Source: an uncultured Acidobacteriota bacterium (GTDB lineage Bacteria; Acidobacteriota; UBA6911; RPQK01; CBDAPI01). Taken from it: a DNA stretch of 64,000 nt. The DNA lies in the NCBI GenBank assembly GCA_964565865.1, contig CAZMGM010000002.1:16828-80827 (forward strand), in the 5' to 3' direction. The notes beneath the pieces were generated by a model that was not told the origin of the DNA, made no database searches, and saw only the letters and a program-made list of their open reading frames with translations. Positions 17,592-28,483 of the stretch are shown in pieces. Position 1 is the first letter of the stretch; every line of letters starts with the position of its first letter. The position numbers were made by a program, and so were the translations under genes.

Positions 17592-17931
17592 GAACCTTCA
17601 GGATTCGAGATTACTGTCACAGGGACGATGGAGAGAAGAGAACACCAGAGTTTAAACTCGCCCCTTAGCAGTAGCCGATATTGGAGATTACGAGAAACGC
17701 AGGCAGCGCCTGCAAACTCCTGGAGTACTGTGGGTTACGGACGGCAGCAGCTTTGTCTGTCCCGTTGCCCCTCCCGGCCGATGTTTGCCATGTCTTGCGT
17801 CAGCTCACCTTGGAATTGAACCCCGCGGTCGCCCGCAACGCTATCCTTTGAACTTCCACAACAGGCTGTTGGCGTTCTGTTGTGGGCTCGTAGAGACGCA
17901 ACTTCGAAAAAGGCGCAGGTGCCAATGCCCG

Positions 17932-18252
17932 CTAGTCTGTGGGGGGAGCGACAGCCCCGGCTCTGGCACCCATCTCCTCGGCCTTGGCGATCATGCCTTT
18001 GGCATTGTAAAACATGGAGAGGGCCGTGTAGGCGAGCGTATTGTCCGGCTCGGCCTTCCTCAAACGCTCACCGTATTTAACAGCTTCGTTCAGCTTTCCT
18101 AGATGGTAACAACACATGGCAATAGCATGAAGCGCATCTCCGTAGCTCTCATCTATAACGAGTGCCCTCTGCAATTCGGAGATCGCTCCGTCCAGATCGT
18201 CTTCCCCAAACAACTCCATTCCGCGGAGGTAATGATTCTCTTTATCTGCCAT
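17932..18252 (-). CDS. Small tetratricopeptide-repeat (TPR) protein
   Basis: 106 aa with TPR-like helices (GDLDGAISELQRALVIDESYGDALHAIAMCCYHLGKLNEAVKYGERLRKAEPDN). Confidence 0.65.
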   Translation of the reverse strand: MADKENHYLRGMELFGEDDLDGAISELQRALVIDESYGDALHAIAMCCYHLGKLNEAVKYGERLRKAEPDNTLAYTALSMFYNAKGMIAKAEEMGARAGAVAPPTD

Positions 18253-18409
18253 TTCCTAATCCTCTTTTCTTGCAGGGTAAGAATCCTACAACAATCGAAC
18301 GGCATCCCCGACGCATCGTGGCTAGCCGATTCGATTGCCCCGGGGAAAACGAAACGCTCCCGCTCTACCGTTCTGTTCTTGCTCTTCCAGACCTCGGAAC
18401 CTGCGGTAG

Positions 18410-19993
18410 TTACCGTAACGGAAAAAAAGCACTAAGAATGAGCACCTCGACGAGACCCACCACGCCCATTATGGCCAGCAGTGGGGTCCAGGTCTTGAGG
18501 GTTTCTTTTTCGCTGAAGCCGCTCATCTTGCCCACTACCCAGAAGCCGCTGTCATTCATCCAGGAAAAAACCAACGAACCGAACCCAATGGCGGCAAACA
18601 GGTAGATCGGGTGGCACGGCAGCTGGGTTTCGCTTCCCAGAATTGCAGCCATCATTCCAGATGCTGTAATCATGGCCACTGTTCCGGACCCCTGGGCGAT
18701 TTTCATAATTGCGGCCAACAGCCAGGCCAGTAAAAGAACTCCCGATACTGCGAATCCCCCATCACCCATCCATCCCTGCAAAGCGTCGCTGATTCCGCAG
18801 CGCGACAACATCTTTCCAAAGGCGCCACCGGCTGCGGTAATCAGAATGATGACGCCGGCACTGAGCATCGCCGGCTCCAGCTTATCGCGAAAGGCAGCGA
18901 GTGAAAGCTGCTGTTGCCGAATCAGCAAAAAGGCTGCGAAGCCCGTTCCCAGTAACAGCGCCATGTTTTTGTTACCCAGAAACGCAGCGGTCGCCAGTAT
19001 CCAGTCAGGACAAGAAGAAGCCGGGCCCTCCACCAGGGCCTTGAGAACCGTATTGCCCGCTATGAGCAGGACAGGTAAGACAACTGGCAGAATCGAAGGC
19101 AAGAATCCGGGCAACTGCGACTCGTGCCTCTGCACGATTTCCTGGAGCTGCTGATCATCGACACCCATTGTCTTTCCGGGCACGATATCCATTCGGCGAT
19201 TGGCTATCCGGGCAAACCAGATGCCTGCCGCTGAAGGCAGGAGTCCGAGCAGGAAGCCAAGCCCGATGGCGGAGCCGAGAGTCAGCCCCTGTTCGGAGAG
19301 ATTCTCGACCATGATGAGCGGACCAGGAGTCGGAGGGACCAGCGAATGAGTGATCGTGCCTCCGGCACAGACGGCAAGCACAAAAAGCAGGAAGTTTTTT
19401 CCGGTACGGAGGTGCAACGCCCGAGCCAAAGGGATCAGCAGAAAGAAAACGGTGTCAAAAAACACCGGTATAGACAGGAAATATCCGCTGCTCAATAAGG
19501 CAGAGGGAGCTCGTTTTTCGCCCAGAAATGCAAGCAGTCTTCTCGTAATCTTGTCGGCCGCTCCACTCTCCATCAGACATTGACCGATGATGGCTGCAAG
19601 GACGATCACGAGCCCGATGCTGGCAGCGGTGGAGCCAAATTCCCAGGTCGTTAATTCGAGTGCCTGAACTACGTGTGCTCCCGGTTCTCCCGGTGTGGCC
19701 CTCAGCTGTTTCTCAACGCGGCTTCGGGCCGTGAGACTCAGTTCTCGGTATTTACTCGGGGTTATCTCGCCATTGTCCAGGCGCGATTTCAGTCCAACCT
19801 GCTCAAACTTAACCTCTTCCTTCATTCCCAGGGGCAGCGGAGACAGAAGCCCGACCAGAAGCGCCGCCAGAATAAGCGCCAGGAAAGGGTGGATTTTCAA
19901 GACGGTAATAGCGACGACGACGAAGACAATACCGCACAGTAAAACCAGAAATGCCATAACCATCCAGTGTGAACGATGAAATAGAAAAATCAA
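18410..19993 (-). CDS. GntP-family (gluconate/organic-anion:H+) permease with an extra hydrophilic insertion
   Basis: 527 aa. GntP-like segments KIHPFLALILAALLVGL, IGLVIVLAAIIGQCLMESGAADKI, SIPVFFDTVFFLLIPLA and HSLVPPTPGPL. Confidence 0.75.
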   Translation of the reverse strand: MIFLFHRSHWMVMAFLVLLCGIVFVVVAITVLKIHPFLALILAALLVGLLSPLPLGMKEEVKFEQVGLKSRLDNGEITPSKYRELSLTARSRVEKQLRATPGEPGAHVVQALELTTWEFGSTAASIGLVIVLAAIIGQCLMESGAADKITRRLLAFLGEKRAPSALLSSGYFLSIPVFFDTVFFLLIPLARALHLRTGKNFLLFVLAVCAGGTITHSLVPPTPGPLIMVENLSEQGLTLGSAIGLGFLLGLLPSAAGIWFARIANRRMDIVPGKTMGVDDQQLQEIVQRHESQLPGFLPSILPVVLPVLLIAGNTVLKALVEGPASSCPDWILATAAFLGNKNMALLLGTGFAAFLLIRQQQLSLAAFRDKLEPAMLSAGVIILITAAGGAFGKMLSRCGISDALQGWMGDGGFAVSGVLLLAWLLAAIMKIAQGSGTVAMITASGMMAAILGSETQLPCHPIYLFAAIGFGSLVFSWMNDSGFWVVGKMSGFSEKETLKTWTPLLAIMGVVGLVEVLILSAFFPLR

Positions 19994-20527
19994 GTGGGAA
20001 GAACCGGAGCAACGTAACCTTGACCGTCTCTTGCGTTAATATTGCATCGGGCCGAGGACCTTCGTTAACTGATTCTGAACCACACCGTAATCTTCGTCCT
20101 TTACGCGGTGTTGCTGCTCCTGGTGGGACCGCACCGGCTGCTCTGGGGACAAGTGTCGGCACTGATCTTGGTAGCCCTCCTCCGCTGGTATCTGTTTTGC
20201 TCTCAAGACACACGAAGGATTCTCGACTGGTGCAGCTGCAACTCGCTCCCACGACTACTAGGTCACCTGATGTACTGGTTCCCCCTAGGGTTGTCGCTGC
20301 ACCGAGTGCATCATTTCAGACCGGGATTGAGCTGGATTGAACTCCACCGGTACGTGAAGCCTTCACCCGGTCCCGGCTTGCTTCCCCCGCCACGCAATAA
20401 TTACAAAGAAGTGCGAGAACTCCCCGCCCTGACTGCGTTAAACTCGCTCGGCCTTCCTAGACGTACAGCGTTAGTATGCCTGCGGAAACCTCTCTCGCAA
20501 TCCTGGTCAGGACAAGTCTTCTCGCGC

Positions 20528-21295
20528 TCAGGCCGGAAGGAGGTTTCGGACGAACTCGCCCACCCTAAAGGGCAAATCGTTCGACCCCAGATTCTCCTCA
20601 ATAAATTGTACGATTGCCGATCCAACGACGGCACCTTCGGCCCACTGCCACACCAGCTCGACGTCTTCTTGCCTGGTAATCCCAAAGCCCACTGCAACTG
20701 GAAGCTCAGTGTATTGCCGGATTCGTTCAACCGTGGCCGGAACCGACTCCGCCAGATCCGTCTGGTGCCCTGTCACCCCGGTCCGCGCCACCAGATAAAG
20801 GAACCCGCGGCTGCTTTCGGCAATTGCCTGCAGCCTGGCATCGGATGAAGTCGGAGCGGCCATAAAGATGGTGTCGAGGCGTTGGAAGGGCTTCAGCCTC
20901 AGGTGCTCTTCGGGTGTCAGGTCAGAGATAAGAATTCCGTCCAGTCCAACCTGCAGAGCTCGCCTTTCCAGCTTTTCCAGTCCATATTGATAAACTGGAT
21001 TCAAATAGGTCATCAGTATGATGCCGGTGTCCGATTGTGACCGGAACTCACCCACGACTTCCAAGAAGTCGTCCAGAGAGTACCCGTGGCGCAGCGCCGC
21101 AAAGGAAGACCGTTGAATAATTGGGCCGTCGGCAATCGGATCCGAGAACGGTATCCCCAGTTCAATGATGTCGGATCCGGCGTCAGATAGTTCCAGGAGT
21201 ATCTGACGCGTTGTTTCCAGGTCCGGGTAACCGCCGGTCACAAACGGGAGAAAGCACTTATTTTTCCTGGCGAAAATCTCTGACAGTCTCGACAT
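20528..21295 (-). CDS. trpA: Tryptophan synthase alpha chain
   Basis: 255 aa. Contains [15 protein letters not shown] and [17 protein letters not shown]. It is the last gene of the trp operon and overlaps trpB by 38 nt. Confidence 0.92.
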   Translation of the reverse strand: MSRLSEIFARKNKCFLPFVTGGYPDLETTRQILLELSDAGSDIIELGIPFSDPIADGPIIQRSSFAALRHGYSLDDFLEVVGEFRSQSDTGIILMTYLNPVYQYGLEKLERRALQVGLDGILISDLTPEEHLRLKPFQRLDTIFMAAPTSSDARLQAIAESSRGFLYLVARTGVTGHQTDLAESVPATVERIRQYTELPVAVGFGITRQEDVELVWQWAEGAVVGSAIVQFIEENLGSNDLPFRVGEFVRNLLPA

Positions 21296-22505
21296 CCTTA
21301 TCTCCGCGTCCCGAGAGGTTCACGATCACCAGCGGGTTTTCGCCCAACCTGTCCAGCGCACCATTCTTCTCCATCTCAAAAAGGCTGGCGATGGCATGGG
21401 CGGATTCCAGGGCCGGTATGATACCTTCCAGCCGGCTCAGTTTGTCAAAAGCATCCAGAGCCTCCTGGTCGGACACAGCAGTGTACCTGACCCGTCCCAG
21501 ATCGTGTAGCAGCGCGTGCTCCGGCCCGATCGATGGATAGTCGAGTCCAGCGGAAACGCTATGCGTGGAAGCGATTTGCCCACCGGCGTCTTGAAGAACG
21601 TAGCTGAAGGTGCCGTGGAGAACTCCCTGCCTTCCACCTTTGAAACGGGCTGCGTGTTCCCCCAGCTCCCTTCCAAACCCTCCGGCTTCCACACCCATCA
21701 TCTGGATGTCCGGGTGTTTCAAGAATTCGTAGAATAGCCCAATCGAGTTGCTCCCTCCTCCGACGCAGGCAACAAGAAGATCGGGCAACCGGCTTTCCTG
21801 CTCCAGAATCTGCTTCTCTGCTTCCCGTCCGATCACGGATTGGAAGTCCCGAACCATCATCGGATAGGGATGGGCTCCTAGGACGGAACCGAGCAGATAG
21901 TGAGTCGTCTCAACATTTGTCACCCAGTCTCTCATCGCTTCATTGATCGCATCCTTGAGGGTACGAGAACCGGACTCTACAGGTATGACGCGTGCACCCA
22001 GCAATCCCATGCGAAAGACATTCAGGGCCTGGCGTCGCATGTCTTCGGTCCCCATGTAGACCTCGCAGTCGATTCCCAGCAGGGAACAGACTGTGGCCGT
22101 GGCAACTCCGTGCTGGCCAGCCCCTGTTTCCGCAATAATGCGCTGCTTCTTCATCCGGCTGGCCAGGAGAGCCTGACCCATTGCGTTGTTGATTTTATGT
22201 GCTCCTGTGTGGGCCAGGTCCTCTCGCTTCAGGTAGATGGTGGCACCCAGCATTCGAGACAGCCTTTTGGCCCGATACAGGGGCGTAGGTCGTCCTACGT
22301 AATGTTCCAGCAGGGCATCCAGTTCGGCCTGGAAGGAGTCATCGGAAACTGCCCGTCGGTAGGCGTCCTCCAGTTCCTCCAGTGGAGACATGAGCGTCTC
22401 CGGAACGAACTTGCCTCCGTAAACACCGAAGTGTCCGTCAGAATCGGGCCGTGGGTCAGAACCGGGTCCTAGGCTCGGGGAGCCATCCTCATCGATATCT
22501 GACAT
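21258..22505 (-). CDS. trpB: Tryptophan synthase beta chain
   Basis: 415 aa. PLP-site region [16 protein letters not shown], plus GGGSNSIG and NLSGRGDKD. Confidence 0.95.
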   Translation of the reverse strand: MSDIDEDGSPSLGPGSDPRPDSDGHFGVYGGKFVPETLMSPLEELEDAYRRAVSDDSFQAELDALLEHYVGRPTPLYRAKRLSRMLGATIYLKREDLAHTGAHKINNAMGQALLASRMKKQRIIAETGAGQHGVATATVCSLLGIDCEVYMGTEDMRRQALNVFRMGLLGARVIPVESGSRTLKDAINEAMRDWVTNVETTHYLLGSVLGAHPYPMMVRDFQSVIGREAEKQILEQESRLPDLLVACVGGGSNSIGLFYEFLKHPDIQMMGVEAGGFGRELGEHAARFKGGRQGVLHGTFSYVLQDAGGQIASTHSVSAGLDYPSIGPEHALLHDLGRVRYTAVSDQEALDAFDKLSRLEGIIPALESAHAIASLFEMEKNGALDRLGENPLVIVNLSGRGDKDVETVRDFRQEK

Positions 22506-22507
22506 AG

Positions 22508-23089
22508 TTAATCCTCTCTCTCTAAATCAGATCCACTTGCTGCTCTTGCATTGTGCAGGAACTCTCGAATCTTGTCCGGATCCTTCAAGCCTGGAGACAG
22601 CTCGACCCCGGAACTAATATCAACTCCCAACGGATGGAGAAGTTGAATCGCTTCGAAGACATTGGTGGGTGTCAATCCGCCCGACAGAATGAAGGGGCGC
22701 TGAACCGACCTCAAGCTCTCCCAGTCAGACACGATTCCTCGCCCCCAGGAAGTGTCGATGAGCAAATCGTTATGGGGAAACGAATCAATTTCGCCTGGCC
22801 CGACCGCAATCCAGACTTCTCTTCCAAAAGCGCAAATCTCAGCTTCACTCTTTAATCCATGCAACTGAAGAACGTCGATGCCGGCCGGTGGAGACACCGC
22901 TGGCGATCCTACATACACACCGACTCGGAGACAATCTCCGGAGAGTGAGTGCAGGATCTCTATAGCCTTCGAAGGTGCAAGATAGCGTGGGCTCCCGGAA
23001 TGAAAGACAAAACCCAGGGCCGTGGCCCCACAACGTAGAGCCCAGCGGGCATCTTCGATTGATGTGATCCCACAAATCTTGAGCAGCAT
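22508..23089 (-). CDS. trpF: Phosphoribosylanthranilate isomerase
   Basis: 193 aa. [14 protein letters not shown] start and a GGLTPTNV region. Position between trpC and trpB. Confidence 0.88.
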   Translation of the reverse strand: MLLKICGITSIEDARWALRCGATALGFVFHSGSPRYLAPSKAIEILHSLSGDCLRVGVYVGSPAVSPPAGIDVLQLHGLKSEAEICAFGREVWIAVGPGEIDSFPHNDLLIDTSWGRGIVSDWESLRSVQRPFILSGGLTPTNVFEAIQLLHPLGVDISSGVELSPGLKDPDKIREFLHNARAASGSDLERED

Positions 23090-23244
23090 TCTTTTGTCTC
23101 GGTCGCTTGAGCGTGTCTAAAAAGGGTAGAACTTCGGAACAGGGCCTTGCGAATACACCACAGAAGATCCAACGACCTGAGTTCCGTTCTCTTCTCTTGG
23201 CACGCTGTTATTCAGGTGTCTCCTGGTCATCTCCCATTTTCGTT

Positions 23245-24024
23245 TTACTGGGCCAGTAATTCTGCCAGGCGCTCCCCCGGGTTCTGGTTGTTCATGAAAT
23301 GGCCCCCGATCAGAAAGCCCCTGAAACCCGCGTCCTGCAGCTCCAGCAGCTGGGTACGCTCGGAAAGTCCGGATTCGGAAATCAAAAGATAATCCTGCTC
23401 TCCCTCCAGGCGGCGAGCGACCTCAAACGAGGTGTTGATGTCAACGCTGAAATCTCTCAGGTTCCGATTATTTACTCCGATGATCGTAGCTCCACTTTCC
23501 ACCGCTGTTTCGAGTTCCTGCAGGTCGTGGACTTCGACCACCACGTCGAGCAGGAACTCTCGTGCTGAAGCGAGCAGCCCGATGAGTTGTGAAGGTTGCA
23601 GGCAGGCCACGATAGCCAGTATGGCGGAAGCTCCCCAGATCCTGGACTCCAGAACCTGATACGAGTCGAACAGGAAATCTTTGCGCAGTACCGGAATCTC
23701 GGGAAACTCTTTTCGGACGGCTCTGAGATGCTCGGGGGCTCCGGCAAAGTAGTTCTTCTCGGTCAGAATGGAAAGCCCAACTGCTCCGCCCCCACGGTAC
23801 TGCCCAGCAATCTCCACCGGCTCCAGCAAACATGGGAATGGGCCTCTACTGGGGCTCCGATACTTGATTTCGGCAAGAACGTTGAGCGTCCCTGCCGGAA
23901 AGGCGGCAGCAAAGAGCGGAGGGTTGCCCTTGGTGATCTCCTCGACCAGAACCTCTTCCGGAAACTCTTGCTTTACATCCTGCAATTCCTCCCGCTTGGC
24001 GGCCACGATTTCATCCAAAATCAT
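23245..24024 (-). CDS. trpC: Indole-3-glycerol phosphate synthase
   Basis: 259 aa. Contains [26 protein letters not shown] and GVNNRNL motifs. Confidence 0.92.
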   Translation of the reverse strand: MILDEIVAAKREELQDVKQEFPEEVLVEEITKGNPPLFAAAFPAGTLNVLAEIKYRSPSRGPFPCLLEPVEIAGQYRGGGAVGLSILTEKNYFAGAPEHLRAVRKEFPEIPVLRKDFLFDSYQVLESRIWGASAILAIVACLQPSQLIGLLASAREFLLDVVVEVHDLQELETAVESGATIIGVNNRNLRDFSVDINTSFEVARRLEGEQDYLLISESGLSERTQLLELQDAGFRGFLIGGHFMNNQNPGERLAELLAQ

Positions 24025-25040
24025 GGTGAAATGCTTGTGGTTTCGATCAATTCCTGAAGCTTTCTGTAGGCCGTCCCTCTCGAGATCGACTTTTGCGCCT
24101 GCGTCAAACTGTCCTCAAAGGTGCTGTCGGTGGCCAAATGAATGGCTGCAGCCGCGTTGATCAGAACTAGATCCCGCAAGGAATCCCGTCGTTCTCCCTG
24201 AAGGATTTCGAGGCAGATGCGGGCGTTGGCGACGGAATCCCCTCCCTTCATTTCCGGTTCGGATTCCGCGGAATATGAAAAGCCGTACTCTGCCGGATTG
24301 AGTTCAAACTCACGGAGCTTGTCGGATGTTACCTCAATGATTGCGGTGGGGGCGCGCACCGAGATTTCATCCAGGCCGTCGCGGCTGTGAATTATCCAGG
24401 AACGTCCCGTTCCCAAGAGGTTAAGAGCCTGGGCTACACTGGACGCAAGCTCCGGGTCAAAAACACCGATTAGCTGAAAAGAGGCTCCTGCTGGATTGGT
24501 GAGAGGGCCCAACATATTAAAGATTGTTCGGTGGGAAATCTGTTTTCGGATAGCGGCTACCCGCTTCATTGCCGGGTGAAAAGCAGGGGCAAACAGGAAG
24601 GCCATCCCGTTCTGATCCAGACAAAATTGAACGGTTTGCAGAGGAGCATCGATCCGAACTCCCAGTGCCTCCAGCATATCGGCGCTCCCGCAGCGCGAAG
24701 TGGCGGCGCGGTTTCCGTGCTTAGCCACCGCAATTCCAGCACCTGCGATCACAAAAGCAGCCGTGGTCGATACATTGAAAGAGGGGGAGCCCCCGCCTGT
24801 TCCCGCCGTGTCCACTAGATCAGCCCTGTCGCTTTGAAGTCGGATGGCATGTTGGCGCATCGTCTGTGCAAAGCCGGCGATTTCCTCTGCAGTCTCTCCC
24901 TTCACGAAGAGCGCGGTCAGGAAAGCAGAAATGGCGCTATCAGTCGCCTCCCCGTCAAAAAGGCTTTCCAGTGCATGCTCTGCTTCCTCTTTCGACAGGT
25001 CCCAGCCGGAAATGAGCTTGTGCGTCAGTTTGTCGAGCAT
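24021..25040 (-). CDS. trpD: Anthranilate phosphoribosyltransferase
   Basis: 339 aa. Contains [14 protein letters not shown] and GPLTNPA motifs. Confidence 0.93.
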   Translation of the reverse strand: MLDKLTHKLISGWDLSKEEAEHALESLFDGEATDSAISAFLTALFVKGETAEEIAGFAQTMRQHAIRLQSDRADLVDTAGTGGGSPSFNVSTTAAFVIAGAGIAVAKHGNRAATSRCGSADMLEALGVRIDAPLQTVQFCLDQNGMAFLFAPAFHPAMKRVAAIRKQISHRTIFNMLGPLTNPAGASFQLIGVFDPELASSVAQALNLLGTGRSWIIHSRDGLDEISVRAPTAIIEVTSDKLREFELNPAEYGFSYSAESEPEMKGGDSVANARICLEILQGERRDSLRDLVLINAAAAIHLATDSTFEDSLTQAQKSISRGTAYRKLQELIETTSISP

Positions 25041-25597
25041 AGGAAGTTCTCTAGAAGATCCTTGCCTGAGGGTGTGAGAATCGATTCAGGATGGAATTGC
25101 ACTCCGTGAACGGGTAGTTCTTCATGCTGCAGTCCCATGATCGTGCCGTCCTTGGTCCAGGCGGTAACTGTCAGGCAGGAAGGCAGGTCTTCTTTTGCCA
25201 CGATCAGGGAGTGGTAGCGGGTCGCAGTGAAAGGACTTGGAATTCTCTTGAAGAGCTCACCTCCGGCGTGGTGGATGCTCGAGGTCTTGCCATGCTTTAA
25301 CTCCGGCGCAGCCGTGACCAACCCTCCAAAAGCCTGACCGATCACCTGGTGACCCAGGCAAACGCCCAGAATCGGAATTCGAGTTCCCAGCCTCTCGACT
25401 ACTTCCAGAGAGATCCCGGCATCGTTCGGAGTTCCCGGACCCGGCGAAATTATAATCCGATCCGGTTGCAGAGTGAGGATTCGATCAGGGGTAGTCAGGT
25501 CGTTACGAAACACTTTCAGATCGCAGCCCAGCTCCCCCAGATACTGAACAAGGTTGTAGGTAAAGCTATCGTAGTTGTCTACAACGACTACCTTCAT
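25025..25597 (-). CDS. trpG: Anthranilate synthase component II (glutamine amidotransferase)
   Basis: [20 protein letters not shown]..., GVCLGHQ (catalytic Cys) and HPES. The track ORF extends to 25687, but the ATG at 25597 overlaps the trpE stop (TAATG) and matches the canonical TrpG N-terminus. Confidence 0.9.
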   Translation of the reverse strand: MKVVVVDNYDSFTYNLVQYLGELGCDLKVFRNDLTTPDRILTLQPDRIIISPGPGTPNDAGISLEVVERLGTRIPILGVCLGHQVIGQAFGGLVTAAPELKHGKTSSIHHAGGELFKRIPSPFTATRYHSLIVAKEDLPSCLTVTAWTKDGTIMGLQHEELPVHGVQFHPESILTPSGKDLLENFLCSTN

Positions 25598-27003
25598 TAA
25601 TTTTCTCCAGCCGACTCCTCGATAGTGCGTTCCAGATGGTTGGAGAGCTCCAGAGCTTTGACCAAAGCAGCAGCCTTGTTTCGGCATTCGTTGTACTCTC
25701 TGAGAGGAATCGAATCGGCCACAATTCCGGCACCGGCTTGAATAACCACCTTTTCGTCTTTAAACACCATGGTTCGGATTGCAATACAGGTGTCCAGATT
25801 GCCACAGAAATCAACGTATCCTACAGCTCCGGCATAGACACCTCGATTGGAGGGTTCCAGCTCGTCAATAATCTCCATGGCCCTAATCTTTGGGGCCCCT
25901 GTAACGGTCCCCGCTGGGAAGCAGGCACCCAGGGCGTCAAATCGGTCGCATTCCTTCCTGAGGCTTCCCTTCAAAGCGCTCACCAGATGCATCACGTGGG
26001 AGTACTTTTCAACAAGCATCAGGTCTTTTACCTTCACAGAGCCGAAGTCGCTGACCCGGCCGAGGTCGTTTCGGCCCAGATCCACAAGCATGACGTGCTC
26101 TGCTCTTTCCTTCTCGTCCCGGCGCAACTCCTCCTCCATCTCCAGTTCTTCTGCGGGAGTGCGGCCCCTCCGTCGGGTGCCAGCGATGGGTCTATACTCG
26201 AGTTGCGAACCATTTACCTTGATAAGCATCTCGGGGGAGGAACCGGCTACAGAAAGCTCTCCCATCCTCAAAAAGAAAAGGTAGGGGGACGGATTAATGT
26301 AGCGCAGCGCCCTGTAGACATTGAAAGGTTCGCCAGTGAAGTCCGTCGTGAAGCACTGGGAAAGCACGACCTGGAGAATATCTCCTGCCCGAATGTACTG
26401 TTTAGCTGTCTCTACAGCAGCGCAGAATCTTTCTCGTGTGAAATTGGATTGGAGATCGACACCCTGCTGCCCTCCCTCCTCCGGCGCAGTCGAAAAAACG
26501 CCTGGGTTCTGAAGCGACCCGCTGTCCAGGAGACGGTTCTCCATTTCATCCAGTTTCTCTCTGCCCTGGTGGGAAAGGATCACGATTTGGTGTTTAACGT
26601 GATCAAAGGCGAGAATTGTTGAGTAATAGTCCATCAGGACGGGAGATCCTCTCCAGCTGGAAGAGCCTTTCGACGGCAGGTTCTCGAGTTCCCTTATCAC
26701 ATCGTAGGAGAGAATCCCGACTGCTCCGCCGGTAAAGGGTGGTAGATCAGGGTGGATGGGAAGCAGTGGCGGAAAATTGTCCCGGAAATCCTTCCAGGTA
26801 CCCTGAAAGGTCTTTTCTGGAGACACGCCGAGGAAGGAGTAGCGTCCGATTCTCTCGCCCCCTTCAACCGATTCGAGAAGAAAAGCCCGATTCTCGTTTT
26901 TGGCAATTCTCAGAAACGCCGAAACAGGAGTCAACCAGTCAGCCAAAAGACAACGGTAGAAAACCTCGCCCTGACCGTCTGTCGCGATTCCCTCATTCTT
27001 CAT
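25597..27003 (-). CDS. trpE: Anthranilate synthase component I
   Basis: 468 aa. Contains [24 protein letters not shown] and the GAGIVADS chorismate-binding signature. Confidence 0.93.
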   Translation of the reverse strand: MKNEGIATDGQGEVFYRCLLADWLTPVSAFLRIAKNENRAFLLESVEGGERIGRYSFLGVSPEKTFQGTWKDFRDNFPPLLPIHPDLPPFTGGAVGILSYDVIRELENLPSKGSSSWRGSPVLMDYYSTILAFDHVKHQIVILSHQGREKLDEMENRLLDSGSLQNPGVFSTAPEEGGQQGVDLQSNFTRERFCAAVETAKQYIRAGDILQVVLSQCFTTDFTGEPFNVYRALRYINPSPYLFFLRMGELSVAGSSPEMLIKVNGSQLEYRPIAGTRRRGRTPAEELEMEEELRRDEKERAEHVMLVDLGRNDLGRVSDFGSVKVKDLMLVEKYSHVMHLVSALKGSLRKECDRFDALGACFPAGTVTGAPKIRAMEIIDELEPSNRGVYAGAVGYVDFCGNLDTCIAIRTMVFKDEKVVIQAGAGIVADSIPLREYNECRNKAAALVKALELSNHLERTIEESAGEN

Positions 27004-27017
27004 TCACGTATCCGCGC

Positions 27018-27055
27018 AAAAAAAAAGCCGTGGGGGGGAGCCCCACGGCTTTTTT
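27018..27055 (-). terminator. Symmetric intrinsic terminator hairpin between rho and trpE (rho terminator and/or trp attenuator)
   Basis: GCCGTGGGG (27027-27035) pairs with CCCCACGGC (27041-27049), loop GGGAG. It is flanked by A9 (27018-26) and T6 (27050-55). On the minus strand the U-tract ends 14 nt before the trpE ATG. Confidence 0.8.
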
Positions 27056-27056
27056 C

Positions 27057-27196
27057 ACTGATCTAAACCTATCTCAGCCTTTGAAAATAACTCCCCCTTG
27101 CGTTTCCCGGTTTGTTTCAGTTTCGCCAGAGGGTCTTGTTGTTCATCCTGTCATTTCTCAGCGTAAAGAATAGAGACGCGGCAGGAGGAAAGTCAA
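27057..27196 (-). promoter_or_regulatory. Candidate trp promoter plus leader region with a 9-codon Trp-containing mini-ORF
   Basis: Minus strand: TTGACT (27196-27191), 18-nt spacer, TATTCT (27172-27167). Then ATG AAC AAC AAG ACC CTC TGG CGA AAC TGA (27146-27117; MNNKTLWRN). GGGGGAG downstream of the mini-ORF can pair with CTCCCCC in the terminator. Confidence 0.35.
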
Positions 27197-27202
27197 GCCC
27201 TT

Positions 27203-28480
27203 TTACCCTCCCGACATTGCATTTAGAAAGTCGGCGTTACTATTGGTCTTGCTGAGTTTTTCAAGCAGGAGTTCCATCGACTCGGTAACGGACAGTGGAT
27301 TGAGCACCTTGCGCAGGACCCAGACTCTGTTGAGTTCCTCCTTGCTCAGCAGCAGGTCTTCTTTGCGCGTTCCTGAACGATTGATATCGATAGCAGGGAA
27401 GACTCTTTTGTCGACAAGTTTTCGATCCAGATGGAGCTCCATGTTCCCGGTGCCCTTGAACTCCTCGAAAATCACGTCATCCATGCGGCTGCCGGTATCG
27501 ATGAGAGCCGTGGCCATGATGGTGAGACTTCCGCCTTCTTCGATGTTCCTCGCTGCCCCGAAAAAACGCTTGGGTCGCTGCAAAGCATTCGAATCGACAC
27601 CGCCTGAAAGCACCTTTCCGGACGGCGGAACTATTGTGTTGTAGGCTCGAGCAAGTCGAGTAATAGAGTCGAGGAGGATCACCACATCCTTCTGATGTTC
27701 GATCAGGCGTTTGGCCTTCTCTAGGACCATCTCGGCGACCTGGACGTGGCGGGTGGCCGGCTCGTCAAAGGTCGAACTAATGACCTCCCCCCGGACGGAG
27801 CGCTGCATGTCCGTCACTTCTTCCGGGCGCTCGTCGATGAGCAGGACAATAAGGACCATTTCGGGATGGTTGGAAGTCACGGAATTGGCGATACTCTGGA
27901 GAATCATCGTCTTTCCTGCCCGGGGTGGAGAGACGATTAGACCCCTCTGACCCATCCCAATCGGAGTCAGGAGATCCATGACGCGACCGCTTAAGTTTTC
28001 TCTGGCCGTTTCTAGGCCTATCTTCTGGTCGGGATAGATGGGCGTCAGGTTCTCGAAGAATGTCCTGTCACGGGCTACATCTGGATGTTCGAAATTGATG
28101 GCTTCTACCTTAATCAAGGCAAAGTAGCGCTCCCCCTCTTTGGGAGGGCGAACCTGTCCGGACACCGTATCTCCAGTGTGGAGGTCGAACTTCCGGATCT
28201 GAGAAGGCGATACATAGATGTCATCGGGTCCTGGGAGGTAGTTGTACTCTGGGGCTCGAAGAAAGCCAAACCCATCGGGAAGCGTCTCCAGGACTCCTTC
28301 GGAAAAGATGAGGCCGCTTCGCTCAGTTTGGGCCTTGAGGATCTGAAAAATCAGTTCCTGCTTGCGCATCCCTGTAGCTCCCTCGATCTCCAACTCCTGG
28401 GCAATCTGGTTCAGGGCCTTGATATTCAGATCTTTGAGTTCCTTGATATTCAGTGATTCAGCTGTCTTGGTATTACTCAT
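27203..28480 (-). CDS. rho: Transcription termination factor Rho
   Basis: 425 aa. N-terminal [21 protein letters not shown] (Rho_N), an RNA-binding domain, and Walker [13 protein letters not shown]. Confidence 0.95.
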   Translation of the reverse strand: MSNTKTAESLNIKELKDLNIKALNQIAQELEIEGATGMRKQELIFQILKAQTERSGLIFSEGVLETLPDGFGFLRAPEYNYLPGPDDIYVSPSQIRKFDLHTGDTVSGQVRPPKEGERYFALIKVEAINFEHPDVARDRTFFENLTPIYPDQKIGLETARENLSGRVMDLLTPIGMGQRGLIVSPPRAGKTMILQSIANSVTSNHPEMVLIVLLIDERPEEVTDMQRSVRGEVISSTFDEPATRHVQVAEMVLEKAKRLIEHQKDVVILLDSITRLARAYNTIVPPSGKVLSGGVDSNALQRPKRFFGAARNIEEGGSLTIMATALIDTGSRMDDVIFEEFKGTGNMELHLDRKLVDKRVFPAIDINRSGTRKEDLLLSKEELNRVWVLRKVLNPLSVTESMELLLEKLSKTNSNADFLNAMSGG

Positions 28481-28483
28481 GAT

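Noticed and set aside
25636-26622. 328-aa plus-strand ORF
   Set aside because: It lies entirely antisense to trpE, whose identity is unambiguous. Its composition is low-complexity and rich in Ser, Gly, Leu and His, which is typical of shadow ORFs in GC-rich coding DNA.
27062-27100. GAG / TAG / TAG triplets in the trp leader, considered as a TRAP-type binding site
   Set aside because: Only about 3 suitably spaced (G/U)AG triplets are present, whereas 9-11 are needed. TRAP (mtrB) is restricted to Bacilli-like lineages and is not seen here.
27184-27196. GGAGGAAAGTCAAGCCC resembles the universally conserved GGAGGAAAGTCCGGGC segment of RNase P RNA
   Set aside because: Only this roughly 11-nt stretch matches. 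The flanking sequence is the rho stop codon and coding region on the other strand. None of the other conserved RNase P regions are nearby. It is better explained as the reverse complement of a TTGACT -35 box.
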